A DNA stretch of 64,000 nt from positions 372,001 through 436,000 of the forward strand of contig NW_027191464.1 of assembly GCF_011745625.1 (NCBI RefSeq). The letters run 5' to 3'. How positions within the stretch are numbered: position 1 is the first letter of the stretch; every line of letters begins with the position of its first letter. The position numbers and the translations under genes were made by a program. This document shows positions 36,008 through 46,932 of this stretch, piece after piece. The notes under the pieces were generated by a model. The model was not told the DNA's origin, searched no databases, and worked only from the letters and a program-made list of their open reading frames with translations. The DNA comes from Cladosporium halotolerans (taxonomy: Eukaryota).

Positions 36008-36631
36008 CTACAAGACCTCGTCGGAAGCCCAGTCTGAATCGTAAGCAATCAAGCCGTAGCGCAGATGCTCAAGAGTGGGCTCAATCTCAGCCCATGGCTT
36101 AGAATCCATAAGCGCCACAGTATTGAACAAGCCAAAGATGACTCTCCACTCATCGGGCACAGTCTCAACTGGATCGAGCGTCCCAAGCATCCCCCTAACC
36201 TTGCTGGCATGCGTCATCTTCAGCCAATTCTTCAGATTATGCCAGTTCCTCTGCCCGGTCTGCGAGAAATAGTACTGCGGGACGTGAACATTGTCCCTAT
36301 CCATCAGGTCGCGCAACTTGCGCGCAAGGAACAAGGCGGCGTCCACGTTGAAGTCCTTAATGATCAGCACGACTTCGTTGATGTTGAAGTACATGCCGAG
36401 AGACTCCTCGCGTATGATTTTGCAGGTTCTCGTGAGAGCTGGCTCGGGGACGCCGTTCGCAGTGGAAACGATGCACTCCCCGGGACCGACGTGCTCCTCG
36501 TAGGTCGCGTATTCCCAAATCATGTTGCGAAGCTCAGGTGGGAGCTTGAAGAGTGGAGACTTGGCCACCGAGTTGGGGAGGGGGGCCGATGGGGCCTTGT
36601 TGAAGCCCAGCCATTTGTTCAAGAAAGACAT
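36008..36631 (-). CDS. Hypothetical protein (~207 aa) with an N-terminal F-box-like motif
   Basis: SPLFKLPPELRNMIWEYA...EPALTRTCKIIREE.L.MYF. ATG chosen at 36631. Confidence 0.7.
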   Translation of the reverse strand: MSFLNKWLGFNKAPSAPLPNSVAKSPLFKLPPELRNMIWEYATYEEHVGPGECIVSTANGVPEPALTRTCKIIREESLGMYFNINEVVLIIKDFNVDAALFLARKLRDLMDRDNVHVPQYYFSQTGQRNWHNLKNWLKMTHASKVRGMLGTLDPVETVPDEWRVIFGLFNTVALMDSKPWAEIEPTLEHLRYGLIAYDSDWASDEVL

Positions 36632-37669
36632 TTTGGTAAGCGTAATGGTTGTCCTGAGGGTGTTTAGTGTTGCAGAAGGAGGGGTACGGTTGTTGGAAGT
36701 CAAGATATAGCCTCCGGAGCGTGCTCGCCGATTTGTGAATGGTATTGCTGGTGTTAGATCCGTTGTGACTGATTTTTTGGACAAAGAGCGCAGACCTTCG
36801 CCTCGACGCTGCAGAGGTGCAAAGTGAATGGCTGACAGCCGAATAGTGTCAGAATGACTTCCGTTCGATGAGCTTGGCGATGGACAGGGCATCTTCGCTG
36901 GTCAAGTCAGCCGCCGTAAATGTCTTCTTCCCTAGTGAGAGAGAGCCAAGCCCCACGGGAGTCGCTGTTGAAATGATCGGTCTTGTGTTCTCTTGCATAG
37001 AGCCTGCACTATTGGCATGTTGGAGACGTTTCTGAAGTGAATTTTGGTTACAATTCTGATGCATGGGCTTCGGCCACATGTGCTAAGTGGAAAGAAGTTG
37101 GGCAGGTAATACGTGAAATTGCAAGGTAACCTGGAACAACACTTAATATCGATATTGAACGTCTTGAGAACAATGCCAGCCGTGCGAATAAACAAGTTGT
37201 GTTCTAATCGACTGACACTGAGGCTTCGGGGGTTTGAGCCAAAGTCTTTACTTTTGAGCCGCATTCTTGAAGAGCACAAGGGCAGTCTACCCGCAGTCGC
37301 AATCGGATATGACGAAACCCCAAGCATAGAGAGCACCGACCTACAGTACCGAGAGTCAGATCTTGAAACCAAGATAAACAGTTCTCACTATTTACTCACC
37401 TCGTAGAAAGACTGCTATGCCCACGCCCCCACTGACTTCTTGATATGGCTAACTCTGTATTCCAATCGATCTTCTCGGTGTTGGACAGAGATTGTCTCTG
37501 GGACGAGCCCCGTGATCTCAACGATTTTCTTGTTCTTCCGAGGCCGCGCGTGGCTTGAAAGTCCCGATCATGGGAGGTTTTCCCGCCCTGTATTATCTCA
37601 CATGGGAAATAGACACACGACCTTGAGGCGGAAAAGTAGTCGAGCTGCTCGGAAAGAGCAATGCTTTTC

Positions 37670-38280
37670 TCAGCCGCCCTCCTGCATACTGGCATAAGCC
37701 TTCTGTTGGCCTTCGAGAAGACCAGTGTAATACCCGGCGTAATACCAGCTCATGACGAGATTCTTCATGCCTTCATCTTGCACTGTAGCCAGAAAAGTTA
37801 GTATCGTCTTAAAAGTCTAGATCGAACGATCAACACTTACTGGTACTAAGCAATGCTTGCGGCATCGCCGCGCCAGCAAGGGGGCCGTTTGTTGACGGAG
37901 GAACGGAAGGGCCGGTCGCTGTAGACGGTACCGCTGTCGCCGGCATTGAACTTTCGCTAACATGTTCTGCAGCTGCTGTTGCTTGTGCTGATGCGCCGGT
38001 GGCGGAATGCGTGCTGTTGGGCAATGGCTGTTGATGTGCTTGTGTTGCTGCGGGTTTGAGAAGTGCCTGGGATTCTTCCTCGTTTTCAAGCTTATCCAGA
38101 TCGATCTGCTCGCCCTTCGCGGCTAAGCTGTGATATTTCTTTCATGATAAGTTAGCAAGAGTCTCTGAGAAACACTCGTGGAGAATCACATACCTTGTAC
38201 TCGGCCAAAGCATCATCCCATGATGCTTGGAGATCCGAGTCGTCCCAAATCTCCTCATGTGTAAGATTGCCGCCTTGCAT
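37670..38280 (-). CDS. SMN1: Survival motor neuron (SMN/Yab8) homolog, ~165 aa. Exons 38280-38194, 38138-37841, 37782-37670
   Basis: Absent from the ORF track as a unit. Spliced N-terminal Gemin2-binding motif EEIWDDSDLQASWDDALAEYK|KYHS and C-terminal YG-box MKNLVMSWYYAGYYTGLLEG. Confidence 0.92.
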
Positions 38281-38508
38281 TTTGCCTGCGAGTCTACAAA
38301 GTCCAAGATTGGTGGGTCCCAAAGTCAAGTCGTCGGCCAGTCTGGGTGAAGTTCAGCCTCCGAGTCTCGAGCCGCGACCCTGCTCGGCCCACCTTCCTCG
38401 CGCTTTCGCGCTTCAGAGAAAAGTTCCAGCGGCCGATCCTCGTCCAAAAGTGCTGGAGGTTGCGAAAGAATTTCACATCCAAACCCATTCAAATTTCGCA
38501 CAATCACA

Positions 38509-39624
38509 ATGGCTGCTGAGAAGAAACGCAAGAGTGTCGACAGCGCCGCGACCGTTGCCAAAAAGGCCAAGACCGCGCCGTCCGCCGAGAAGCCCGCGCC
38601 TGTGAAATCCGCGCTGAAGAAGTCCGGCTCCAAGGTCGAGGCCGCCGCTGTCACGGAGAAAAAGAGCAAGGACAATGGCAAGAAGGAGAAGGTCGCCGCG
38701 AAAGCGAAGAAGTCCGCCGACAAGCCCGCCGTCGCCGCCGCGGTGAAAGAAGTCGAGCCCGCTTCCGAGGATGACGACGAAGAGAGCAACGAGCTCACCG
38801 CCGACCAGACCGCCGAGCTGCTCGCCGGCTTCTCTAGCAGCGAAGACGAGGGCTCGGACGCCGAGGAGGACGAGGGCGTCGCACTGTCTAAGATCCCCAA
38901 TGCGCCCAATGTCGGCGCTGTGCAGAAGCACATCGCGAAGAAGACTGGCACCAAGGAAAGGGACCCTGAGACGACGCCTGGCACCGTGCACCTCTCCCGC
39001 CTGCCTCACGGTTTCTTCGAGCCCCAGCTCCGTGCCTACCTGTCGCAGTTCGGCACTGTTACACACCTGCGCCTTGCGCGCAACCGCAAGACCGGCAAGA
39101 GCAAGCACTTTGCTTTCGTCGAGTTTGCTTCTTCTGCTGTCTCGGACATTGTGGCGAAGACGATGGACAAGTACTTGCTGTTCGGACACATTATGCAAGC
39201 GCGACGAGTGCCGGATGAGCAGATTACCGAGGACTTCTGGAAAGGTGAGGGAAAGAAGCGCGTCGCGCCGAGGAATAAGCTGGAGGGCGTGAGGCTGAGG
39301 AAGGGTGTGAGCAGGGAGGGCTGGGAAAAGAGGGTTGAGAGGGAGGAGCAGAAGCGTCTGGAGAAGGCGGAGAAGATGAAGGAGCTTGGCTACAAATTCG
39401 ACATGCCTGCCGTCAGAGGTGTCGACGATGTGCCTGTCCAGAAGGTGCTCAAGCAGGCGGACGAGGAGCCCAAGGCGATCGAGTCTGGCACAAAGGAGCC
39501 CGAGGTGGCTGTGAAGACTGTCGTGGAGGAGCCGAGCAAGGTCACCGTTACTGAGGAGAAGACAAAGAAACGCGCTGCGCCCAAAGAAGGCAAGGCCAAG
39601 ACTAAGAAAGCAAAGAAGAACTAA
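38509..39624 (+). CDS. NOP15: Nucleolar RRM protein for 60S biogenesis (Nop15/NIFK)
   Basis: RRM reads TVHLSRLPHGFFEPQLRAYLSQFG..RLARNRKTGKSKHFAFVEF..VAKTMDKYLLFGH, with Lys/Glu-rich flanks. Confidence 0.9.
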   Translation: MAAEKKRKSVDSAATVAKKAKTAPSAEKPAPVKSALKKSGSKVEAAAVTEKKSKDNGKKEKVAAKAKKSADKPAVAAAVKEVEPASEDDDEESNELTADQTAELLAGFSSSEDEGSDAEEDEGVALSKIPNAPNVGAVQKHIAKKTGTKERDPETTPGTVHLSRLPHGFFEPQLRAYLSQFGTVTHLRLARNRKTGKSKHFAFVEFASSAVSDIVAKTMDKYLLFGHIMQARRVPDEQITEDFWKGEGKKRVAPRNKLEGVRLRKGVSREGWEKRVEREEQKRLEKAEKMKELGYKFDMPAVRGVDDVPVQKVLKQADEEPKAIESGTKEPEVAVKTVVEEPSKVTVTEEKTKKRAAPKEGKAKTKKAKKN

Positions 39625-39847
39625 GGCCGTTGGCGATCAAGATGGGACGGCTTCATGTAATGCTACTGTTGAGCGGTGTCAAATTTTTGTGATTCATGGC
39701 ATTCATAGAATCTATTGGCCGGGGATGGTGCCCGGCGTTTGACGGCAATGCAATCATTTTCTCATCGAGCTCTTCAACCCCAACTCCGCGCTTATCCCAC
39801 AATCCTCTTCTCGTGATTCAATCACGAAAGCTTAGCAACGTGTTGGC

Positions 39848-40789
39848 TCACTTCACAATCAGGGCAGCACTTGGCACGAGCCCGGCCTCCTTCAGCGTCA
39901 TGCCAAAGTCACCCTGATCCCAGACCTTCTTGGGGAAGTTCTGAGTGAAACTGCTGACCTGCACGCCACTCTCCTCCGCCAGAGCATGTGCGACCTCGAA
40001 CAAAGTGGTTTCCGCAGGAAGGGTCTTCATGACATTCCCACCGCTCGTTTGCAGTCTCAGCCTCGCTTCCGAGTGATTCGCCGCAGCCTTCGCAGGCGCG
40101 GCAGTAGCAGCAGCAAGCTCACCAGCTCCTCCAGCCGGCGCACCAGGGTTGTATGCATCTGGATTCGCACGCATAGCCTTCTCCTCCTCTGCCTTCTGCT
40201 TCCTCGCCCGCTTATCAGCCTCAATCTGCTCCTTGATCCTCTTTTTCGCAGCCGCGTCATCCAGCTTCTCCTGCCTCTTCGCGGCTGCCTCCTTGACCTG
40301 CTCCTTGCGCCTCAGCTCCTCCTTCGCATCCTCGTTCTCCTTCGTGTGCTTGCGCCGAATCTCGTCGTTCCGGCGCTGCTGCTCTTTGTCCTCCTTCTGT
40401 TGCCCCGCGCGCTTCGCCGCCAATTTCTCGCGCAGCTCCTGCAGGCGCGCCGCTTTCTCTTCTTCAGTCAAGGGCGCCAGCTCCTCGGCTGACTCGGCGA
40501 AGTCGTCGTGCCCGCTCTTCTCCGCGTGGAATTGCGCCTGCGACATGCCGCGGAACTTCTTGCCGCAGTCGTTGCACACCATGCTGCGCGCTTGCTCGCC
40601 GGCTTGCAGGGCGGGGTTGTCGTCGTCGGCATCGTCGGCAGTTTCGGCTTGGAGCTCTTCGAGCGATTTGGAGCTGTTTTTGTCCAGCCAGTCGATGGCG
40701 CCGGTCAGGTTGCCACCTTTTTTGAGCGCGATGGTGGCTTTTTCTTTGTCGAAGCCCATGTCGACGAGATTCTCGAGGTCTGATGACAT
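39848..40789 (-). CDS. UBA / C2H2 zinc finger / coiled-coil / UBX protein (UBXN1/SAKS1-like Cdc48 cofactor)
   Basis: LVDMGF..A..AL (UBA), CNDC..HAEKSGH (C2H2), RLRLQ..NFPKKVW..TLKEAGLVPSAALIV (UBX). Confidence 0.88.
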   Translation of the reverse strand: MSSDLENLVDMGFDKEKATIALKKGGNLTGAIDWLDKNSSKSLEELQAETADDADDDNPALQAGEQARSMVCNDCGKKFRGMSQAQFHAEKSGHDDFAESAEELAPLTEEEKAARLQELREKLAAKRAGQQKEDKEQQRRNDEIRRKHTKENEDAKEELRRKEQVKEAAAKRQEKLDDAAAKKRIKEQIEADKRARKQKAEEEKAMRANPDAYNPGAPAGGAGELAAATAAPAKAAANHSEARLRLQTSGGNVMKTLPAETTLFEVAHALAEESGVQVSSFTQNFPKKVWDQGDFGMTLKEAGLVPSAALIVK

Positions 40790-41457
40790 GATGGGCGAGT
40801 TTGCACTTTGTTGTCAGTTGTTATTGGTGGAGATGGGAAGGTGTAATGCAGATGTGGTTGTTCTAAGCGGGATGTTTCTCCTGCGGGCTGCTGGTGGGTG
40901 GAGGCTTCTAGAAGCCGAGTTGCTCTAGCTAGCAGCAATTCAATTCAGTAGTCAAGCTCGAAAGCGTAACATTCACAAGGCTCGCTTCACGTGTTTAGTG
41001 GCGAGAGTAGTGGAGTGCACGAGCAATCGTAGCGTGTGTGAACGCTGGCAAAGACGGCCTGGCCAGGCGCTCGAGATGCGTGGTGACGTAGCAAGCTGCG
41101 GCAGAGCCAGGCGTGTCCCGGCCACCGAGGGGCAGGCGGACTGGCGAGGGTGATGAGACATGCAGTGCGCCAATATCCTGACCTCCGCCCTGCCCTGATC
41201 TGCTTCAACTCTCCCAAAACACTCCCCTGCTGCATCGTGTCTGCAACCCCTCCACCGCACCAATTTATCTCGTATTGCCGTGTCTGCTCCAGCCCTGTTT
41301 GCCCGATCAGCACGCCCTCCGCGCCTCGCCCAAACACCTGCCCCAGCAGCTGCTCGCACGCTCCAACGCCCCGGGCTGGACCAGCGATCACCACCTGTTG
41401 ATAACACCATCCACCTCCACCTGAGACCCTGCCAGAACCACCAAATCAGTCCTAGCC

Positions 41458-42481
41458 ATGTCTGTCGAACTGGAACCCTCGGAGCTGGGCTTCAAGCGTA
41501 TGCGCACCCTCCGCCTTTCACTTCTTGGCCACGTTGCCGGGTGTGCGACAAGCCTGCTGACAGATCGCGATATGCAGGCCCCTTCACCCACGAGGTCTCC
41601 CAGGTCCTGCGCCTAACCAACCCCAGCAATGAGCCCGTCGCCTTCAAGGTCAAGACCACCGCGCCCAAGCAGTATGCCTCTCCCTGCGCCAGTCATGGCC
41701 TCCACGCGACCACACGCACCACCTAACACCACCTCTCAGGTACTGCGTGCGACCCAACTCCGGCCGCATTGAGCCCCTGCGCACCGTCGAGATCCAGGTC
41801 CTCCTGCAGACCATGAAAGAAGACCCCCCGCTCGACGTCCGCTGCAAAGACAAGTTCCTCGTCCAGTCCGTCACCATCCCCTCCGACGCCGCCGAGGGCG
41901 CGAACGTCTCCCAGATCTGGGCCGGCATCGAGAGCACCTCCAAGTCTTCCATTCAGGAGAAGAAGATTCGAGTCGTCTTCCTGCCCGCCGACGGCCAGCA
42001 GCACCAGTCCAACGGCATCGGCGGCGCCTCCAGCCTCGACAACTCCCACTACAGCGAGGACCACCCGCCCGCCTACTCCAGCCCCAGCCCGCAGGCCGTC
42101 ACACCCCAGCGCTCCGTAGGCCCGACGAGCAGCATCGACGACAAGCCCGAGGGCGCAAAGAGCCGGGGCGACGCGGTCAGCAGCGCACACAACCCCGCGC
42201 AGTCGTCCGGTTTTGCCGGCGCTGCGGCCGCCGTCTCCTCCGCCGTCCCGACCTCGCAGGACGACCTCCGCCGCCAACTGGACGACGCCAAGGCTACCAT
42301 CTCGCGGTTACAAGAGCAGGCGAGCTCGGGCCTGCGGCAGCGGAACGTGGGCGGCAGCGGTGAGAAGAACGGCCAGCAGAGTCCGCTGGCCGCGAAGGCG
42401 ACCAGCACCGGCGGCGTGTCGGTCCAGGTTGTCGCCCTGCTGTGCCTGCTCTGCTTCCTGATCGCCTACTTCTTTTTCTAG
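41458..42481 (+). CDS. SCS2: VAMP-associated ER protein (MSP domain). Exons 41458-41497, 41578-41671, 41740-42481
   Basis: VAFKVKTTAPKQ|YCVRPNSG and CKDKFLVQ motifs, a coiled coil and a C-terminal TM anchor. Confidence 0.93.
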
Positions 42482-43236
42482 ACGACTCAGAGTGCCGCGT
42501 GGGGAGAGCGCAAGACTCTCCTCCTGGTGAACGGCGGCGACGTGCAGGTCTGCGGGAGGCTGGCCTTGTCAAGGCCCAATGGATTGCTGCGGGACAGGGA
42601 CGAGGCCCAGTGCCTGTGGACGCCAGACGCCGATTTATGAGGATGCTGGTGGGATGAGGCGCCGAGGCCGTTCAAAGCTTGGTCTTGGTCGTCTCTGGCG
42701 GGGAAAAGCAGTATTTTTGTAGCTGTGGCGAGGCTCATTTTCATTTGGCATGCGGGTTCCGGAGCAACTGCATACGCCTGTTTGCGAGCGAACATCTCGC
42801 GAAGTCTTGGAACCTTTCTGTTTTTCTTTGTCCCCTTGTGTGTATGGTTTTCTCTTTCATAGCCTTTAGATACCGTCCTAAGACATTTCATTGCAAATTG
42901 CAGCTTCCACGCGATCGCATGAGAAGCCAAAGCAGCTGAAAAGCCATTGTTGGTACATTGAGCAACATGGGTACCAGGAAACACCGCACATTCGTACGAG
43001 CTATCGTTAGAGTCCAAAGCACAAGATCTCCTCGGAGAGCACGGTAACAACCAAAGCCACACTGTTCCATGCCGCTAAAATGCTATGCCAATCAATATAT
43101 GCCAAAAGCGACTCTACACAAGCTTTTCATCCACATAATCACAATCATCATTGGGACTAGAAAACATAAAGCCTCGAGAGTAGAGAAAGAAAAAAAGAAC
43201 CCTAGGAAATCTCCGCCCTTCACTCCCCAGCCCTCT

Positions 43237-43724
43237 CTACACACCGATCCACATCACACTAACAACAACATCCATCCCCTTCCCCTCCCCGCCCTCGAAC
43301 TTGTAGCTCCACATCCCATCCTGCTCGTTGTTCCAGTACGCCCCGCTGGCGCTGTGCATGCCGCGCCGCCCGACCTTCTTCGGCGCACCGTCGCTCTCCT
43401 TCTCGCCTTCCTCCCGCGGGTCCGACAGGTGCTGGATGATCGTGCTGTTGACGGCGAACTTGTACCTGCTGTCGTCGTTGTAGGGCGAGGAGGACTCGGA
43501 GATGAGAGACTGCAGGATCTTGTTGATGATGCTGTTGTTCCACGAGGCTGTGCTGTCGTGCGCGTAAGCGGTTGCGCTCGAGAGGGTGCTGGTGCAGGCG
43601 TCGGAGGCGATTTGCGAGAGGCGGGTCGAGGTGATGGGCTGGGAGGGTGTTAGAGCTTTGGTTCTGTTGGTTGGGTGCCAGTGAGGTGTGGTTTCGGGTG
43701 GCTGCTTACGAAGTTGGAGGACAT
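43237..43724 (-). CDS. Dynein light chain, Tctex-1 family. Exons 43724-43710 and 43638-43237
   Basis: WNNSIINKILQSL..YKFAVNSTIIQH..RRGMHSASGAYWNNEQDGMWSYK..VVVSVMWI. Confidence 0.9.
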
Positions 43725-44360
43725 CTTGGCGGGAGTGGTTTGGGTATTCGGGGTCGTTGGGGCTGTGTGTCTAGGAGTGATCGGTTCTGATTGATTTGTT
43801 GTTTTTGCTGCAGGTATTGGTGCCCTTGTGATCGAGTGGTGTAAGTGAGGTGGTTTGTTTATCGGCGCAGCAGCGACCGCCAGTTCGCGCCGGACCTGCA
43901 TCAGCGCCAAAGCGGCGGCCAAACTGTCGATGCGGGGCCGCGGTTGCCTGTGCGGCCACGCTAGCCAGATAGTGTCACGAATGCAACAAGGGTGGCCGTC
44001 TAGATCATGGATTTCCCATGAAACCTGAACACGCACGTCTTGGTAATTATCTTGTGGCATAAAGCTACAGTCGCATGCCCTCGAACGACTGCAATGTGGT
44101 GATACGAACATGTCACGGCGCATCGTGAAGTATCACAAATTGACGCAGCTTACGCACGCGACAGTTAGGTGACTGAACAACATACCAGAATCTCAGGGTC
44201 AAAATTCGGTCTCGACAGCCTATACGAGAAGGTAGTAGCACGCCTTTTTCTAGAGAATGGAGATATCTAAAGGTGATAACTTGATTATGGAACCTCATCG
44301 ACGTCAAATTTTCGGATGAGCGATAGAGCAGGCTTTTGTAGCGTCTAACGACACGGCTAT

Positions 44361-45964
44361 CTAGTAGGCATAGATGAACCTCGGGTTGTGCTCGCCAAGT
44401 TCCTGGGCCTCATCATCGGACATGCCCTCGATCTTATAGTCTTCCTTGCCAGAAGCCTTCTTCCTGTTCTGGTTGCGGAACCATGCCCAAAGGAGCAGGT
44501 AGATAATCGCTGACATTGCCACCATGCCCATGGAGACGGCGTGGCCCATGATGAAGCGAGGCGAGTCGGGGCTTGGGTACAACTGTAGAACGAGACGTGT
44601 CAGTATTGGTTGAAAGCCATTGACAGCAGCGCTTCGAGAGCCGACTTACGAATGGAGCCGCGATGCCAGCGGAGTTGCCGATTGTGAGCTGCAATCCAGT
44701 CGCGACGGTCCTCTTTCCGTAGCGAGGATTGTTACTCGGTAGCCACGCGAGAGGTAGTCCGACGATCACGTAAAGACCCGCTGCGACCAGGAAACAGCCG
44801 AAGTATCTCGCGCCGTTGGGTGCAGGGCTAACGAGGATGGCGTATCCAGCCGCACAGATAAGCCCGAAGATGACAGTGAAGATGGCGCGACGCTGTGTGC
44901 GATCCGAACACCACGCGACGATAATGTAGCTGATCGCGCCCAGCCCATAGCAAGGAATTGTAAGTGCTTGCACTTCTGCCGTACTCCACGAGCCCAACGT
45001 TTTGATAATCGTCGGGAGGAAAGTAGAGTAGCCGTACAAGATAGTGTCGCCGCCGAATTGGCCGACGCAGAACAGCCATATCTTCCAGTCGCGGAAGCCC
45101 TCGTACACGTCCGCCTTGTGCATCTGATCAGACGATTTGGTGTGTCCCACCTGCATGCGACGGCGCAGATCGATCAGCTCCCGCTCGCGGGGCGTCAGGT
45201 AGTGCGCTGTCTCAACAGAGTCCGCGAACCACCACCAAATCGCGACGCCCAGGATGACGGTGGGTAGACCCTCGATGATCATGATCCAGCGCCAGCCGCG
45301 CAAGCCTGCGATGCCGTCCATGTGCCCAATGCCGTAGGCGAAGATGCCACCCAACGAGCCTGCGATGGCGGCGGAAACGAAGAGGTATCCGATGCGCAGG
45401 GCGTATTCTTTCTTCGTGTAAAACAGTGTCAAGTAGACTGTGAGGCCGGGGAACAGGCCTCCCTCAAGAGCGCCAAGGATGATGCGGCATGCGACCAGCC
45501 CTTTGAAGCCTTGCACGATGCCAGTCAGAGTGGCAACGATGCCCCAGCCGGTGGTGATGAAAGAGAGCCATCGAGAGGGAGTGAACTTCTTGATGACCAG
45601 GTTGCTGGGCAGTTCGCTGGCGATATAGGTAACGAACAAGAGGGATACTGCGATCTGGTATTGGTTGCCCACAAGTCCCAAGTCTTCCTCCATGTAATAG
45701 AGGCGCGCTTGCGTCAGTGTCAGCTGATTGTAGCCCAACAAGGTTTTACACAAGGAAGAAATTACCATTGCCAATATTCACGCGATCTAAGAAGCTGAAA
45801 AGGTACAGTAGCATGACTGGCGGCACAATCCATCTGTCAAGTTTGCGAAGCAAGGCGCGCTCTTCCTTAGGATCGATGTAGAACTCATCTTGGACCATGT
45901 GCTGCTGCTTGTCGAGGTCCATATCAGGAGCATTGGCAATGTCGTTGCCTTCTTTGAAGTCCAT
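44361..45964 (-). CDS. MFS transporter, Dal5/Tna1 type. Exons 45964-45766, 45707-44650, 44582-44361
   Basis: ERALLRKLD, FLDRVNIGNA|RL, ELPSN, LEGGLFPG, GWRWIMIIEG, C-terminal GEHNPRFIY. Confidence 0.92.
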
Positions 45965-46932
45965 GGTGATAAAGGCAATAGCAGGCAGAGTCGCCCTACG
46001 AGATGGTATGGCAACAAGGAAAGATGGCAGGGACTTCAAGCACACATATATGAGCTGCGCTACACACGCGCTACAGACGCAACCCTTGCCGCGTCGGCAT
46101 GATCTTATCTGGGGCCGGCAAAGCGCCCTGCGAGTATATTATTGCGGGGGATAGACGATCCTGGGGGAAAGGGAAAGGGACATCTTCGGAGCATAGATAG
46201 GTCGATGGCAAGACGTAACCGGACGGGTGCTGCTCGCGTACCAGAAACGTCGGCGCAAGGCTCCGGCCTCGGCAAGGAGGACGGCGCAAGTTGAGTTGCC
46301 GGTTGGCCTGTTCACTGAGCAGGGGTGTTGATCGGCTTCGAGCGATTAGACGTGTACTCTTGATAAGTGTCGGAAGTTGTCGAGTGTGCCGATATTCTGT
46401 GCAAAATAAGGCCGAAGAGAATCAATCTTCGATTTGCAATGAAAGAGGCAATTGCAGACGTTTTCAAACTCACAAATTGATGTTTGAATGACGTTGCGAG
46501 AAACGGTTACGGCAGACGCAAGCCGACGTTGAATCCACTCAATCTGCAGATCATGTGTTTGCTGGGACGATGATGAACTTGCACCCTCCACAGGCATATC
46601 GAGGCACGTGAGGCTCGATAATGTGCTACCGTCGCCTTCACGCCGTTTCCAAGTGAGATTTTCACAAGAGACACTCACAAGCCGCATGTCACCGACTTTC
46701 GGTCAAGCACGACAGGACGAAACGGTAGTCAGCAAGTCAGCGGTAGGCATGAGCTTTTGCCGGTATTGTTGTCTATAAGTGAGGGTAGTAGACACCTGAA
46801 GGAGCTTGTAAGGTGTTTTCTCTGATGCTTGTATTCCTTCAATATGACGAAGTGCAGTAGCGAACTACCCTCCGCTCTAAACCCTCAAGATTGATTGCTT
46901 ACTCGGAGATTTCCATTGCAATACACGTCATT

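Noticed and set aside
36849..37660. Short ORFs and a GTGAGT donor-like site between the F-box-like gene and SMN
   Set aside because: No consistent spliced model or recognisable domain could be built.
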